From positions 619 to 64,618 of the forward strand of contig QZKA01000024.1 of assembly GCA_003598135.1 (NCBI GenBank): a DNA stretch of 64,000 nt, in the 5' to 3' direction. Origin of the DNA: Candidatus Omnitrophota bacterium (GTDB taxonomy: Bacteria > Omnitrophota > Gorgyraeia > Gygaellales > Profunditerraquicolaceae). The position numbers were made by a program, and so were the translations under genes. The stretch's first letter is position 1. Each line of letters opens with the position of its first letter. Of the stretch, positions 28,330 through 37,820 are shown in pieces. Under the pieces are notes generated by a model. The model was given only the letters and a program-made list of their open reading frames with translations. It ran no database searches and was not told the origin of the DNA.

Positions 28330-29111
28330 TCCAGGTATTCTATCTTTTTTACTTCGATGAGAGGGTATGCGTAGCCGGGTAACGTGCGTAAAGTGCCGGT
28401 TATTCTGGCGCGATAATTATTGAACTGGTTCAGGGTTTGCTTATCGCAGCGTAAAAAATACTCCTTCCCTGAACGATCCACGATTTTATGCGTTGTTTTT
28501 CTGTTAAAGAATATTCCTTGCGGCCTTACAATGCCTTCGACAGAAACGCTGTTCTCGCCGGGCCCTTCAGGAGTGCCGGATAATTCCTTTCGTATTTCTT
28601 TTTCGGAAGGCTGCGGTAAGGGCTTTGGTTCTGCGGGTCCCGGTGAATTATCTTTTTGCACAAATCGCTTATGTATCCAGCCGAAGGACTTCGTGACCGG
28701 CTTGATCTTATACCATGCTCCTGCGTCTGCCACTATGTTGACTACTTCCCCTTTTATGGCCCGCCCAATTATAGGAGAAGACTCATTGGGCTCTAGCCTA
28801 ATATTTATCCTCTCTTTGATTATTTCCGCCGAAGAACCTGCCTCTTTTGCGATAAGGTCTTTGCGGACAAAAGAAGGCGCATCGCCTGGTACCCTGACCT
28901 TATACCATTCGTATAACTCTGCGAGCACCTCAAGTGAATCGCCCTTGCCGGCATCACAGATAACAGGCGAGCTCACCGTAGAATCAGACCGTATATGTAT
29001 ACCGTCGGACGTCACTATTCCTTTAAACGGCGTAAAATCTTCGGCACTACATATGCCGCAGGTGAAAAAGATAAGCAGCGCGCTAGTAATAATGAGGGCC
29101 TTAAGTGACAT
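28326..29111 (-). CDS. secreted protein with bacterial SH3-like domains
   Basis: Signal peptide, and two SH3b-like segments (GDSLEVLAELYEWYKVRV and GEVVNIVADAGAWYKIKP). Confidence 0.55.
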   Translation of the reverse strand: MSLKALIITSALLIFFTCGICSAEDFTPFKGIVTSDGIHIRSDSTVSSPVICDAGKGDSLEVLAELYEWYKVRVPGDAPSFVRKDLIAKEAGSSAEIIKERINIRLEPNESSPIIGRAIKGEVVNIVADAGAWYKIKPVTKSFGWIHKRFVQKDNSPGPAEPKPLPQPSEKEIRKELSGTPEGPGENSVSVEGIVRPQGIFFNRKTTHKIVDRSGKEYFLRCDKQTLNQFNNYRARITGTLRTLPGYAYPLIEVKKIEYLE

Positions 29112-29117
29112 ATAGAG

Positions 29118-29417
29118 TTATTTACCCTTTTCTGAGCCTTTGGCGCCTGTCTGTTCTTTTCCTTTGGCACCTGCCTGTTCTTTAGTGGCAGGCGTGGCAG
29201 TAGCAGCACCTTCCGTACCGGCAACAGCTTCGGTTTTTTCGGCCTTTTCCTTCTTGATCTTGATTCGTACCGTTTTGATCTTCGGCAGCCCGTAAACGTC
29301 GTCTTTTTCCGACCACTCGTTCTTTTCGCTCATCAACTTAAGGCGTTCAATCCGTTTTAATACGGACCGCTGCTTCTTTGATTTATCTGCCGCACTCAAT
29401 GATGGATGTATTGACAT
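29118..29417 (-). CDS. hypothetical lysine-rich basic protein
   Basis: 99 aa. The C-terminus has low complexity (KEQAGAKGKEQTGAKG) produced by a 24-nt tandem duplication. Confidence 0.45.
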   Translation of the reverse strand: MSIHPSLSAADKSKKQRSVLKRIERLKLMSEKNEWSEKDDVYGLPKIKTVRIKIKKEKAEKTEAVAGTEGAATATPATKEQAGAKGKEQTGAKGSEKGK

Positions 29418-29422
29418 GTTTT

Positions 29423-29974
29423 CTACAACCTCCTGATGTAACAGTCGCGGAACGTTTTTTTAAGCTCGCTTAATAGCGACCGTGCCTTTTCTTTATTTGG
29501 AAAATTACCTACGCATACGATACTGTATTTGCCTCTGGATAAGATTATCGGTGAATGCCCCCTGTCCTTAAGTTTTACCGCTGCTTGTTCGGCATGTTTC
29601 TTTGTCTGAAAAGTAGCTACCTGGATCGTGTATGTATCAAGGGCAGGATTTGCATTTTTCAAAAATTCTTTTACAGAAGACGGCTGCGTAGTAGAGGCAA
29701 CCGCGACCTGCTCCTTGGGGGGTTGCGTATCCTGAGGCCTAGATGCGACATCAATAAATGAGGCGTGGTATACCCTTGCTGTCTTTTTGCCTTTTTCAAT
29801 ACCGATACAATACGCTAAAGTAGCGGTCGTCAAAAACCCGATGATAATGAGGATCGATTTTTCGTGATTTCTTAACGCAAGCAGGGTACGGCTTTGCTCA
29901 TGCCTCTTTCGCGGCGTTGCGGGATCCCCTGAGTCTGAAAATAATTCCAGCTGTGAATAATTAGCCCTATTCAT
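29423..29974 (-). CDS. SPOR-domain protein (putative cell-division/peptidoglycan-binding)
   Basis: One TM helix and a C-terminal SPOR fold (YTIQVATFQTKKHAEQAAVKLKDRGHSPIIL...YSIVCVGNFPNKEKA). Confidence 0.7.
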   Translation of the reverse strand: MNRANYSQLELFSDSGDPATPRKRHEQSRTLLALRNHEKSILIIIGFLTTATLAYCIGIEKGKKTARVYHASFIDVASRPQDTQPPKEQVAVASTTQPSSVKEFLKNANPALDTYTIQVATFQTKKHAEQAAVKLKDRGHSPIILSRGKYSIVCVGNFPNKEKARSLLSELKKTFRDCYIRRL

Positions 29975-29995
29975 ATTCTGCGTATTATATACTGC

Positions 29996-31057
29996 CTATT
30001 TCCTCAGTTGCAAGTATTTTTTTGCAACCTTTTTAGAGATTTTTAGGAATGCCTCCACTACTTTGGGGTCAAATTGGCTGCCGCTTTTCTTGCGTATTTC
30101 GTTAATCGCCTTGTCAATATTCATCCTTTCGCGGTAAGGCCTGCCGTATACCATCGCCTCAAACGCATCAGCGACTGCCATTATCCTAGCGCCAAGAGGA
30201 ATCTGCCCTTTTTTTAGTTTTGACGGATAGCCGGTGCCGTCAAATTTTTCATGATGATGCATAATAATGGGTATTGCCGGTTTTAAGACCTGAAGCGGCC
30301 GTAAAATCTGAACCCCTTTTATCGGATGCGTCTTAATAATGCGGAATTCATGAGGGGTAAGTTTTGAAGTCTTAGTAAGTATCTCAAGCGGGATATCGAC
30401 CTTGCCCGCGTCATGAAGGAGGCTAGCGTACTCAATGCTCTCAGCCTGCTTCTGTTCGATGTTCATCTGATGCGCTATCGCGGTCACTAATTTACTGAAA
30501 TAAGAAGAATGGGTATATTCCTGCGGCACGCGTTTATCCAGAAGAGAAACCAATGACTTAAGGCTCCCCAACACAATCTTTTGCTGCTCTACATACAGCT
30601 GCATGTTCTTGATCCCGATCATGACTTGCTCAAGCAAGGTGGTCAATGTATCCTGGTCATAATTATCAAATGCGGGCTGACGCCTTCCCCGTTTTACAAT
30701 AATAAGGCCCATGATATCTTCGGAAATAAGAGGCAGCCCTAGCAGGTGATGATTACGAACCGTCGCAAGCCTATCGATGATTTTTTTCTCAAGCCCGTTT
30801 GTAATCCTTTGTTTTTTATCGATGACTTTTTTGTGCCTGCCGCTTACAATACACCGGAAGCTTGAAAATTTCTTCGTAGAATCAAGAATTAGGATAACGC
30901 AATACCTGGCATCCAGGATCTGACACACCAGCCTCGCCAGACGGATAACAAGGTCTTTTAATTCGAATGTCGAGTTCACGAGCCGATAGACGCTGTGAAT
31001 CGCCGAGATTAGCTTTTTATACCTTCTCGTAGGGGTCAAATAATTTTTTGTACTCAT
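29996..31057 (-). CDS. HD-GYP domain c-di-GMP phosphodiesterase with N-terminal GAF-like region
   Basis: HDAGKV...HHHEKFDGTGYP. Confidence 0.8.
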   Translation of the reverse strand: MSTKNYLTPTRRYKKLISAIHSVYRLVNSTFELKDLVIRLARLVCQILDARYCVILILDSTKKFSSFRCIVSGRHKKVIDKKQRITNGLEKKIIDRLATVRNHHLLGLPLISEDIMGLIIVKRGRRQPAFDNYDQDTLTTLLEQVMIGIKNMQLYVEQQKIVLGSLKSLVSLLDKRVPQEYTHSSYFSKLVTAIAHQMNIEQKQAESIEYASLLHDAGKVDIPLEILTKTSKLTPHEFRIIKTHPIKGVQILRPLQVLKPAIPIIMHHHEKFDGTGYPSKLKKGQIPLGARIMAVADAFEAMVYGRPYRERMNIDKAINEIRKKSGSQFDPKVVEAFLKISKKVAKKYLQLRK

Positions 31058-32171
31058 CTAGCGCGTACCTGTCAGTCATGCCGGCGATATAATCGCAGAT
31101 TGCCCTCTTCTTCCCGTCACTAGCTATCCTCTTCTGGATATGCACCGGTAAAGCCTTAGGTTTCGATAAATACACATCAAATAATTCACCGATAAAATGT
31201 TTTGCCTTTTCGCTCATTCTCACCACGCGGTAGTGATGGTATAATTTCGAAATCAGGAATTTCCTTAAAGGAACCCTTTGCTTCTCTATTTTGCTGCTGA
31301 AGGTAATTATCTTCTCTCGTATCCTTTTGACGTCCAGATGGTTTGCCGGCTTAAGCGCGTCAAGCTTCTTAAGTGAAGTAGTGATCAAATCGGTTACCTG
31401 CATATCAATAAGCGAACGAATGATTAGGTATTTTCGCTTATCGTCATCCATTGTACCATACTTCTTTGAAATTTCCCTATAAATGTTATTCCATATCGGG
31501 ACCTCGGCCAGTTCCGGCTCCTTAAGCAGCCCGGAGGTAATGCCATCGTCAATATCGTGGTTGTCGTAGGCGATTTCATCGGCTACATCGACAACCTGCG
31601 TTTCAAGGGTGGGCATTTCGTCGGGAGCAAGATCTTTGAGCTTGAAACTCGTATCAAACGCAGATGAATGCTTGACTATGCCCTCTCTTACCTCCCAGCT
31701 TAAGTTTAAGCCCGGGTAATCAGGATATCGTTCCTCAAGAAGGTCTACTACTCTTAACCCTTGCAGGTTATGATTAAAACCCCCTTCCTTTGCCATGAGC
31801 TCGTTGAGTGCATCTTCTCCGGAATGCCCAAAAGGCGTATGCCCCAAGTCGTGCGCAAGGGCGATGGCCTCGGTTAGGTCTACATTAAGACACAAGGCTG
31901 AGGCGATAGTCCTGGCAATCTGTGCGACCTCAAGGGTATGCGTTAATCTGGTCCGGTAATAATCGCCTTCGTGATTCACGAAAACCTGCGTCTTGTATTC
32001 AAGCCTCCTAAAAGCAGCGGAATGAATTATCCTGTCCCTGTCTCGCTGGTATAGAGACCGGTAGGGGTGATCCTTCTCCTTGTGCACCCTGCCACGTGAA
32101 TTATAACTTTTCATGGCATAGGGAGCAAGGAGCTCGTCCTCAAGTTCTCTTACTGTTCTTACTTTCAGCAT
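31017..32171 (-). CDS. dgt: dGTP triphosphohydrolase-like HD protein
   Basis: HTLEVAQIARTIA...LAHDLGHTPFGHSGE, with RDRDRIIHSAAFRRLEYKTQVF at the N-terminus. The start is taken at the internal Met at 32171. Confidence 0.8.
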   Translation of the reverse strand: MLKVRTVRELEDELLAPYAMKSYNSRGRVHKEKDHPYRSLYQRDRDRIIHSAAFRRLEYKTQVFVNHEGDYYRTRLTHTLEVAQIARTIASALCLNVDLTEAIALAHDLGHTPFGHSGEDALNELMAKEGGFNHNLQGLRVVDLLEERYPDYPGLNLSWEVREGIVKHSSAFDTSFKLKDLAPDEMPTLETQVVDVADEIAYDNHDIDDGITSGLLKEPELAEVPIWNNIYREISKKYGTMDDDKRKYLIIRSLIDMQVTDLITTSLKKLDALKPANHLDVKRIREKIITFSSKIEKQRVPLRKFLISKLYHHYRVVRMSEKAKHFIGELFDVYLSKPKALPVHIQKRIASDGKKRAICDYIAGMTDRYALDEYKKLFDPYEKV

Positions 32172-32646
32172 TCCGTAATTGCGTATAAAGCTGGTCAAGT
32201 GATTGAGAAATTACTTTTGTCTGATAAATCACGGGCATAAAGTTGGTATCGCCGATCCATCGGGGAACAATGTGTATATGCAGATGACCGGGAATACCGG
32301 CGCCTGCAACCATCGAAGTATTGATCCCTATATTAAATCCGTGGGGCTTAAGGACTTTGACAAGGAGCTTTTGTACCCTCGTAAGCGCAGCGAATAGATC
32401 AAGTACTTCATGAGGCTTTAATTGCGCCAAATCCTTTACGTGCCTTTTGGGGCATACCATCATATGACCGTTGTTATACGGGTAAAGATTAAGGATAGCT
32501 AGTGAATAACGGGTTTGTAGTATTGCCTGTTTTTTCGTGCGCGGGCGCTGGCTGTAGCAAAAGATGCATTTCTTTGTTTTGTTATTGGACCGGACGTAAT
32601 GGATGCGCCACGGAGCCCAAAGCCTGTCAATTTTGTCAGCGTTCAT
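32140..32646 (-). CDS. HIT family hydrolase
   Basis: The histidine triad HLHIHIVPR and a CxxC zinc motif near the N-terminus. Confidence 0.8.
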   Translation of the reverse strand: MNADKIDRLWAPWRIHYVRSNNKTKKCIFCYSQRPRTKKQAILQTRYSLAILNLYPYNNGHMMVCPKRHVKDLAQLKPHEVLDLFAALTRVQKLLVKVLKPHGFNIGINTSMVAGAGIPGHLHIHIVPRWIGDTNFMPVIYQTKVISQSLDQLYTQLRNAESKNSKRT

Positions 32647-33131
32647 AACTTAATGATTTTCGACTCTATGGCGTCGTTTATCTCGATTATACCGTATGAA
32701 TTAAAAGGCGTAAATAACTTATCGGTCACGCTTCCGGGGTTGAAGAATTTAATGCCCTTTTTCACAAATTCTGCCGGTCGGTGCGAATGGCCAAAAATAA
32801 CCAAGTTGACATTATCGTTTTTAAATTCCTCCAGCAATAATTCCGGTAATTTATCGGGATGACCGTAGCCATGCATTATCCCGATCCTGAATTTTCCGAT
32901 TTTGAGAATCTTTTTGCCGGGGAGCAACTCCCTGACTTCTGCAGGGTCCATGTTACCCCATACTGCCTGCACGTTCTTGCAAACGCGCTTCAACTCTTCT
33001 ATGACAGCGGCCTCAACGAGGTCGCCTGCATGAATTACCATATCGACATGCCTGAATTCCTTAAGGATTACCTCCGGAATTGCATCCGCCCTGTCGGGAA
33101 TATGGGTATCGGCAATAACTCCTATTTTCAC
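32643..33131 (-). CDS. YfcE/MJ0936-family metallophosphoesterase
   Basis: MKIGVIADTHIP...HAGDL...GNMD...GHSH. Confidence 0.8.
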   Translation of the reverse strand: MKIGVIADTHIPDRADAIPEVILKEFRHVDMVIHAGDLVEAAVIEELKRVCKNVQAVWGNMDPAEVRELLPGKKILKIGKFRIGIMHGYGHPDKLPELLLEEFKNDNVNLVIFGHSHRPAEFVKKGIKFFNPGSVTDKLFTPFNSYGIIEINDAIESKIIKL

Positions 33132-34720
33132 GCGATTATCCTCGGCCTAGAATATAAATCAAGGATCTGGTTTAAGTGCTCAAGGTTTAGTGTGAGAATC
33201 TTCTCGTCAAGAGCCCGTAAACGGCTATTCTCATCAAGGTTCTTAAACGCGATAATAATCTTTCTTTGCATCTTATGGCGGAACTTTTTGCATTCTTTTG
33301 CGAACTCGGAAATATCGTCTTCGGTAAGCGGCTCAAAGTTAAGCCCCATAATCCATAAACTGTCCGTAGAACGGCACAAAAGCCCTTCCCTTAAATTAGG
33401 CTTCCCGAATTCAAGGGGCTTGATCTCCCTGAAATGGTAAAGTTTGATCTTTTTCTTTTCAAACTGAATCGTGTCGTTTTCAAAGAGCCTCAATAATTCA
33501 ATGATGCGCTCAGTGACCGGTTTGTTTGCATCAAGGAGAAACTCCTGTAGCATTGATTCAAGGCTCTTCCTGAACGCGGCTTTCTGGCTTTTGGCATCAA
33601 AGGTCAGAGAGTGTAATTTTTCCTGGTATACAAATTTAAGCCAGAACCCAAATACCCGGTCATTGATTTTTAAAAAATCGCCGGTCCGGCTGATTACGTC
33701 GGACTCAAGCAGCTCATCAATCCTTGCCCTTAGTTGCGCCTGGGGCTTACGCATAAGATGGGAAATTTCCTTATATTTATTATGCCCGCTTGCCACCAAA
33801 TAAAGGATATGCTGGTACTCCGAGCTAAAACGGCTGTCCTGGAAACGCTTGAGGTAATTGGAAAATTTATGATGCATGATTCCGGATGATGAAAAAAGAA
33901 GGTTTTCCAATATATCGACGAGTGATTCTTCTTTTGCGTGCGAGAGCGCTTCAGCAATCATCTGCACGTAAAGAGGAGTCCCCCCGGTAAAATTCACGAT
34001 AAAATTCCGTATACCCCTGCTTAGATTAAGCCCGGGCAATAAGTAATCGATAAATTGGCCGGTAGTATCCATGTCAAACGGTTCGATAGTTATCAATTCA
34101 AAATTCCCGAAGAGCAAACTAAGTTCTTTGGAGAGTATTACCTGGGCTTTGTGTTTCCGGGAACTGATTATAATATACATGGTATTTTTTTGAGTAATCA
34201 AAAGCTTCGACCATTCCGCATAAAGGCGTTTTTTTCCAATAAACTCAAGGTTATGGAATTCGTCCAGAATAACACAGGTACGTTTTTGCGTTTCTTGATA
34301 GAGCGATTCGCAAAGAGAAAGCAGCTCTGAAAACATATTTTCTTTTTTGCCCTTTGCCAGGTCACTTAGAAGTGAGTTGATTTTACTGACGGTGTGCGGT
34401 ATATAGGATGAGGCCTTTTTGACGAGGAAATCCAGGTTTTCTTTAAGCTCTAGGTTACTATTGATAAGAAAATTATAGAGCAGTACACCGATAAACCTCC
34501 TGGCAAAAGAAACGAGCGTTTCCTGCCTGACGTCAAGATACACAAACACAAGGCGGGATTCACAGACAGAATCAAGGAATTTCGAAATAATCGATGTCTT
34601 ACCTATTGAATCGTCTCCGATTAGTGCAATATTCTGCCGATATCCGTCTCTAAATGCGGCTGTTCTTTTTTGCAGGACATTAAGGTACTCAGCCCGATCG
34701 AAAATATTATCTTTTAGCAT
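33128..34720 (-). CDS. AAA+/STAND-like ATPase (archaeal-ATPase-type N-terminal domain with C-terminal DUF234-like region)
   Basis: Walker A GDDSIGKTS and Walker B VILDEF. Confidence 0.6.
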   Translation of the reverse strand: MLKDNIFDRAEYLNVLQKRTAAFRDGYRQNIALIGDDSIGKTSIISKFLDSVCESRLVFVYLDVRQETLVSFARRFIGVLLYNFLINSNLELKENLDFLVKKASSYIPHTVSKINSLLSDLAKGKKENMFSELLSLCESLYQETQKRTCVILDEFHNLEFIGKKRLYAEWSKLLITQKNTMYIIISSRKHKAQVILSKELSLLFGNFELITIEPFDMDTTGQFIDYLLPGLNLSRGIRNFIVNFTGGTPLYVQMIAEALSHAKEESLVDILENLLFSSSGIMHHKFSNYLKRFQDSRFSSEYQHILYLVASGHNKYKEISHLMRKPQAQLRARIDELLESDVISRTGDFLKINDRVFGFWLKFVYQEKLHSLTFDAKSQKAAFRKSLESMLQEFLLDANKPVTERIIELLRLFENDTIQFEKKKIKLYHFREIKPLEFGKPNLREGLLCRSTDSLWIMGLNFEPLTEDDISEFAKECKKFRHKMQRKIIIAFKNLDENSRLRALDEKILTLNLEHLNQILDLYSRPRIIA

Positions 34721-34733
34721 TTTAGCCTAGGCA

Positions 34734-35405
34734 CTAGTTTGGAAGAAAAAAATATGGGTTTTGAGGAAAGTGGCCTTTGCGAATCTCAAAGTGGAGATAC
34801 GCACTTTCCTGTTTTCCTATCGCGCCTACCTTTGCGATCATCTCGCCCTTATGCACCGTAGCACCCTTCTGCACAAGGACAGATGTAACCCTTGAATATA
34901 CTGTCAAAAATCCGTCGCCGTGGTCAATAATAACCGTTTTACCGAAGGAAAGAAAATTATCGCTGTAAAATACTACTTTTCCCGTACGCGCGGCAACGAC
35001 CGAGGCATCCTTGGGCGCCTGGATATTAATGCCCTTAGTTATGACGTTGTCAAAAAGTTGGCCGAAAGTAGCTATGACCCTGCCTTTCACTGGCCAGATA
35101 AAATCTTCCTGCGTGTATGCCTGACTGGGATCATTGGGTTTTTGTTTGCCGGGAATAAAAAGAAACTGCCCTGCTTCGACGCGGCTTGTGTCGGTAATGC
35201 GGTTAATACGAGCTAATTCATTGAGATCGGTATCATGCATCCGGGATATTCCATACAAAGTTTGTCCTCTTGAAATCTGGTGATAGAATCCCGGTGTGCC
35301 GGCAGCAATAATCCCGGAATGCATAGGCGAAGCGCATCCCATGACGCCAAACGCAGATACTGCGACGATACAATAGGCGAAGTGTGTAGCAATATTATTT
35401 TGCAT
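34734..35405 (-). CDS. LysM-domain M23 family peptidase
   Basis: LysM domain (RGQTLYGISRMHDTDLNELARINRI), then the M23 motifs GINIQAP...IIDHGDGFLTVYS...HFEIR. Confidence 0.8.
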   Translation of the reverse strand: MQNNIATHFAYCIVAVSAFGVMGCASPMHSGIIAAGTPGFYHQISRGQTLYGISRMHDTDLNELARINRITDTSRVEAGQFLFIPGKQKPNDPSQAYTQEDFIWPVKGRVIATFGQLFDNVITKGINIQAPKDASVVAARTGKVVFYSDNFLSFGKTVIIDHGDGFLTVYSRVTSVLVQKGATVHKGEMIAKVGAIGKQESAYLHFEIRKGHFPQNPYFFLPN

Positions 35406-35424
35406 TCACGGCTTAATTTATCCA

Positions 35425-35495
35425 AGCGGGCGAAGGGAATCGAACCCTCCTATCCAGCTTGGGAAGCTGGTGTTCTACCGATGAACTACGCCCGC
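35425..35495 (-). tRNA. tRNA-Gly (anticodon CCC)
   Basis: The reverse complement GCGGGCGTAGTTCATCGGTAGAACACCAGCTTCCCAAGCTGGATAGGAGGGTTCGATTCCCTTCGCCCGCT folds as a cloverleaf with anticodon loop UUCCCAA. CCA is not encoded. Confidence 0.8.
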
Positions 35496-35507
35496 AAAAA
35501 ATCAGTT

Positions 35508-36800
35508 TTAAAGATATGACTCTTCCGTTATTTTTATTGAACAATATTCCCCGCACATCGTGCATACATCCGAAAGGCGGGGCTGCGAAATCATCCTGGA
35601 GGCGCCTGCTTTTTCAGGATCGACGGAAAGGGCAATCTGTTTTTCCCAATTCCGCTGCCTGCGTGCCTCTGACATCTTTTTATCCCAATCTTTAGCGGCA
35701 GGAAAACCTTTTACTATATCAGCTGCATGCGCTGCAATCTTTGAAGCAATGACGCCGTCCCTTACGTCTTCGGAACTAGGGTGTTTGAGGTGCTCGGCAG
35801 GGGTTACGTAACAGAGAAAATCTGCGCCGTAACTTGCTGCAAGCGCGCCACCGATTGAACCACTAATATGGTCATACCCTGAGGCGACATCCGTTACCAG
35901 GGGCCCCAGCACATAAAATGGGGCGCCGCGGCATATCCGTTTTTCAAGAAGCACATTCTTTTTTATCTGATCAAGCGGCACATGGCCGGGCCCCTCGATT
36001 ATTACCTGGACATTTCTCTTCCTTGCGCGGGCTGCAAGCTTGCCGAGGGTCTTTAACTCTTCCAGCTGCGGCTTATCGGTAGCATCAAGAATAGAGCCGG
36101 GGCGCAGACCATCGCCGAGGCTCAAAGTGATATCAAACTCGCATGCAATATCCAGGATAAGGTCGAAGTACTCATAAAAAGGGTTTTCTTTTTTATTCTT
36201 GCGCATCCAACACGAAAGTATTGCGCCTCCACGCGAAACGAGACTAAGTAGCCTCTTTTGCATCTTCAGGAGTTTGAGTGCTTTCTGGGTAACACCTGCG
36301 TGGATGGTAAAAAAATCAACGCCATCTTCTGCCTGCACACGCAATGTTTCCAGGATATCTTTGATTTCAAAACTCAAATAGTCTTTTCTGTTGACAGCAG
36401 CATTTACCGAGATTTCATATATCGGAACAGTCCCTACCGGAAGCGATGAGGCAGAAAGTATTTGTTGACGGATTTTTCGAATCTGCCCACCAATGCTCAA
36501 ATCCATCACCGTATCAGCACCATAGTGCTCTGCCGTTTCCAATTTTCTTAATTCTTCCGCGATGTCGGTTTTATCGGTTGAAGTGCCGATATTGGCATTT
36601 ATCTTAGTCCGCAAACCAAAACCTACTGCACATGGTTTTTTCACTACCCTGTTTGCATTATGAGGTATTGCTATTCTGCCTTCCTTGATGCGCCGCATTA
36701 ACACGGCACTGGAAATTCCCTCTGAGGCAGCAATCCTTTTCATCAACGGGGTAATCACCCCTCGTCTTGCCTGTCCTAATTGTGTCATACCTGCATTCAT
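35508..36800 (-). CDS. thiC: phosphomethylpyrimidine synthase
   Basis: C-terminal CTMCGEYCSIK and the conserved core identify ThiC. The start is at MNAGMTQLG, directly after the thiE stop. Confidence 0.85.
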   Translation of the reverse strand: MNAGMTQLGQARRGVITPLMKRIAASEGISSAVLMRRIKEGRIAIPHNANRVVKKPCAVGFGLRTKINANIGTSTDKTDIAEELRKLETAEHYGADTVMDLSIGGQIRKIRQQILSASSLPVGTVPIYEISVNAAVNRKDYLSFEIKDILETLRVQAEDGVDFFTIHAGVTQKALKLLKMQKRLLSLVSRGGAILSCWMRKNKKENPFYEYFDLILDIACEFDITLSLGDGLRPGSILDATDKPQLEELKTLGKLAARARKRNVQVIIEGPGHVPLDQIKKNVLLEKRICRGAPFYVLGPLVTDVASGYDHISGSIGGALAASYGADFLCYVTPAEHLKHPSSEDVRDGVIASKIAAHAADIVKGFPAAKDWDKKMSEARRQRNWEKQIALSVDPEKAGASRMISQPRLSDVCTMCGEYCSIKITEESYL

Positions 36801-37432
36801 CGTAGCGCTTCCCGAAACGCACGGACTACAGGATAAGGGTCGGTAACCGCGCAGATTGCCTTTGCAACAGCAACCCTCCTTACCCCACACCGGACCAGTT
36901 CATTTATGTTGCTTCTATTTATCCCGCCGATAGCGAAAACCGGTATGCGTATTCTGTTTGTACAATTCCGTAGCACTGTTTTTTTTATCTTTTTTGACTC
37001 TGGTTTTGTCACGGTAATGAAACAAGGGCCGATACCAATATAATCGGCTCCTCCCTCTTGCGCCTTAAGCGCTTCTTGAATGCTCGCGCAGGAAATACCA
37101 ATAATCTTATCCTTTCCGAGCATCTTCCTTGCATAGGCAAGAGGCATATCCTGTTGTCCCAGATGTACACCATCTGCCTGCGCTGCCAACGCGATATCAA
37201 CGCGGTCGTTTACAATACAAAGAGCCTTTGTTTTCGCGAGAGCCTTCTTTAACTCAACAACCTCTTTTAAGGATGAACGCGCATCAGCGCATTTATCCCT
37301 GAACTGAAAAACCCTGATTCCTGCGTTTGCCATCCTCAATGCAACTTTCGAAATCTGTTTTCCAGCAAGCGCCCGCCTATCCAGAATGGCGTAAAGATGC
37401 GAGTTGTTCAGCTGCTTTCTTTTCCAGTTCAT
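36797..37432 (-). CDS. thiE: thiamine-phosphate synthase
   Basis: LYAILDRR...GADYIGIGPCF...AIGGI. The open frame continues upstream to 37501 and overlaps the next ORF. Confidence 0.8.
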   Translation of the reverse strand: MNWKRKQLNNSHLYAILDRRALAGKQISKVALRMANAGIRVFQFRDKCADARSSLKEVVELKKALAKTKALCIVNDRVDIALAAQADGVHLGQQDMPLAYARKMLGKDKIIGISCASIQEALKAQEGGADYIGIGPCFITVTKPESKKIKKTVLRNCTNRIRIPVFAIGGINRSNINELVRCGVRRVAVAKAICAVTDPYPVVRAFREALR

Positions 37433-37820
37433 ATACGCGGTACCGTAACTGTTTATAGTACAAGGCACAACGGCTGTCTTTGAGCTTAGAAAACTCTTCA
37501 AGTACTCTCACCGATTCTTTGACACGTTGAATATTCGCAAAGAAGATATCCGTGATATCCTTTCTTTTTAATTCGTTGTGTGCATGGAGCAGGCGGCCCT
37601 TGTCCTTAAAAGCCGACCTTTCCTCAAGGAGGCAGGATAGGCGAGTATACCGTTTGGCGGTTTTTTCTATACCGTGCCTTATTTGTTTGAGCCCGCTCGT
37701 CAGGCGCGCATTATCCAAAACAAACCTGCAAATATCTTCGCATACCCGTAAGCCTTCTTTGGCACGGTTGATATTCGCATCCAAAATCCTATTTATGCCC
37801 TTACGCATATGATCGCGCAA
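37377..37820 (-). CDS. hypothetical helical protein (147 aa) overlapping both neighbours
   Basis: The ORF sits between rfaE2 and thiE in a different frame. No recognisable motif. Confidence 0.35.
   Translation of the reverse strand: MRDHMRKGINRILDANINRAKEGLRVCEDICRFVLDNARLTSGLKQIRHGIEKTAKRYTRLSCLLEERSAFKDKGRLLHAHNELKRKDITDIFFANIQRVKESVRVLEEFSKLKDSRCALYYKQLRYRVYELEKKAAEQLASLRHSG

Noticed and set aside
28420-29115. 231-aa plus-strand ORF
   Set aside because: Antisense to the SH3b secreted-protein gene. Its composition mirrors the coding strand and there is no RBS.
36800-36900. TPP riboswitch expected upstream of thiC or thiE
   Set aside because: There is no intergenic space. thiE and thiC abut, and upstream genes overlap, so no leader region is available on the minus strand.
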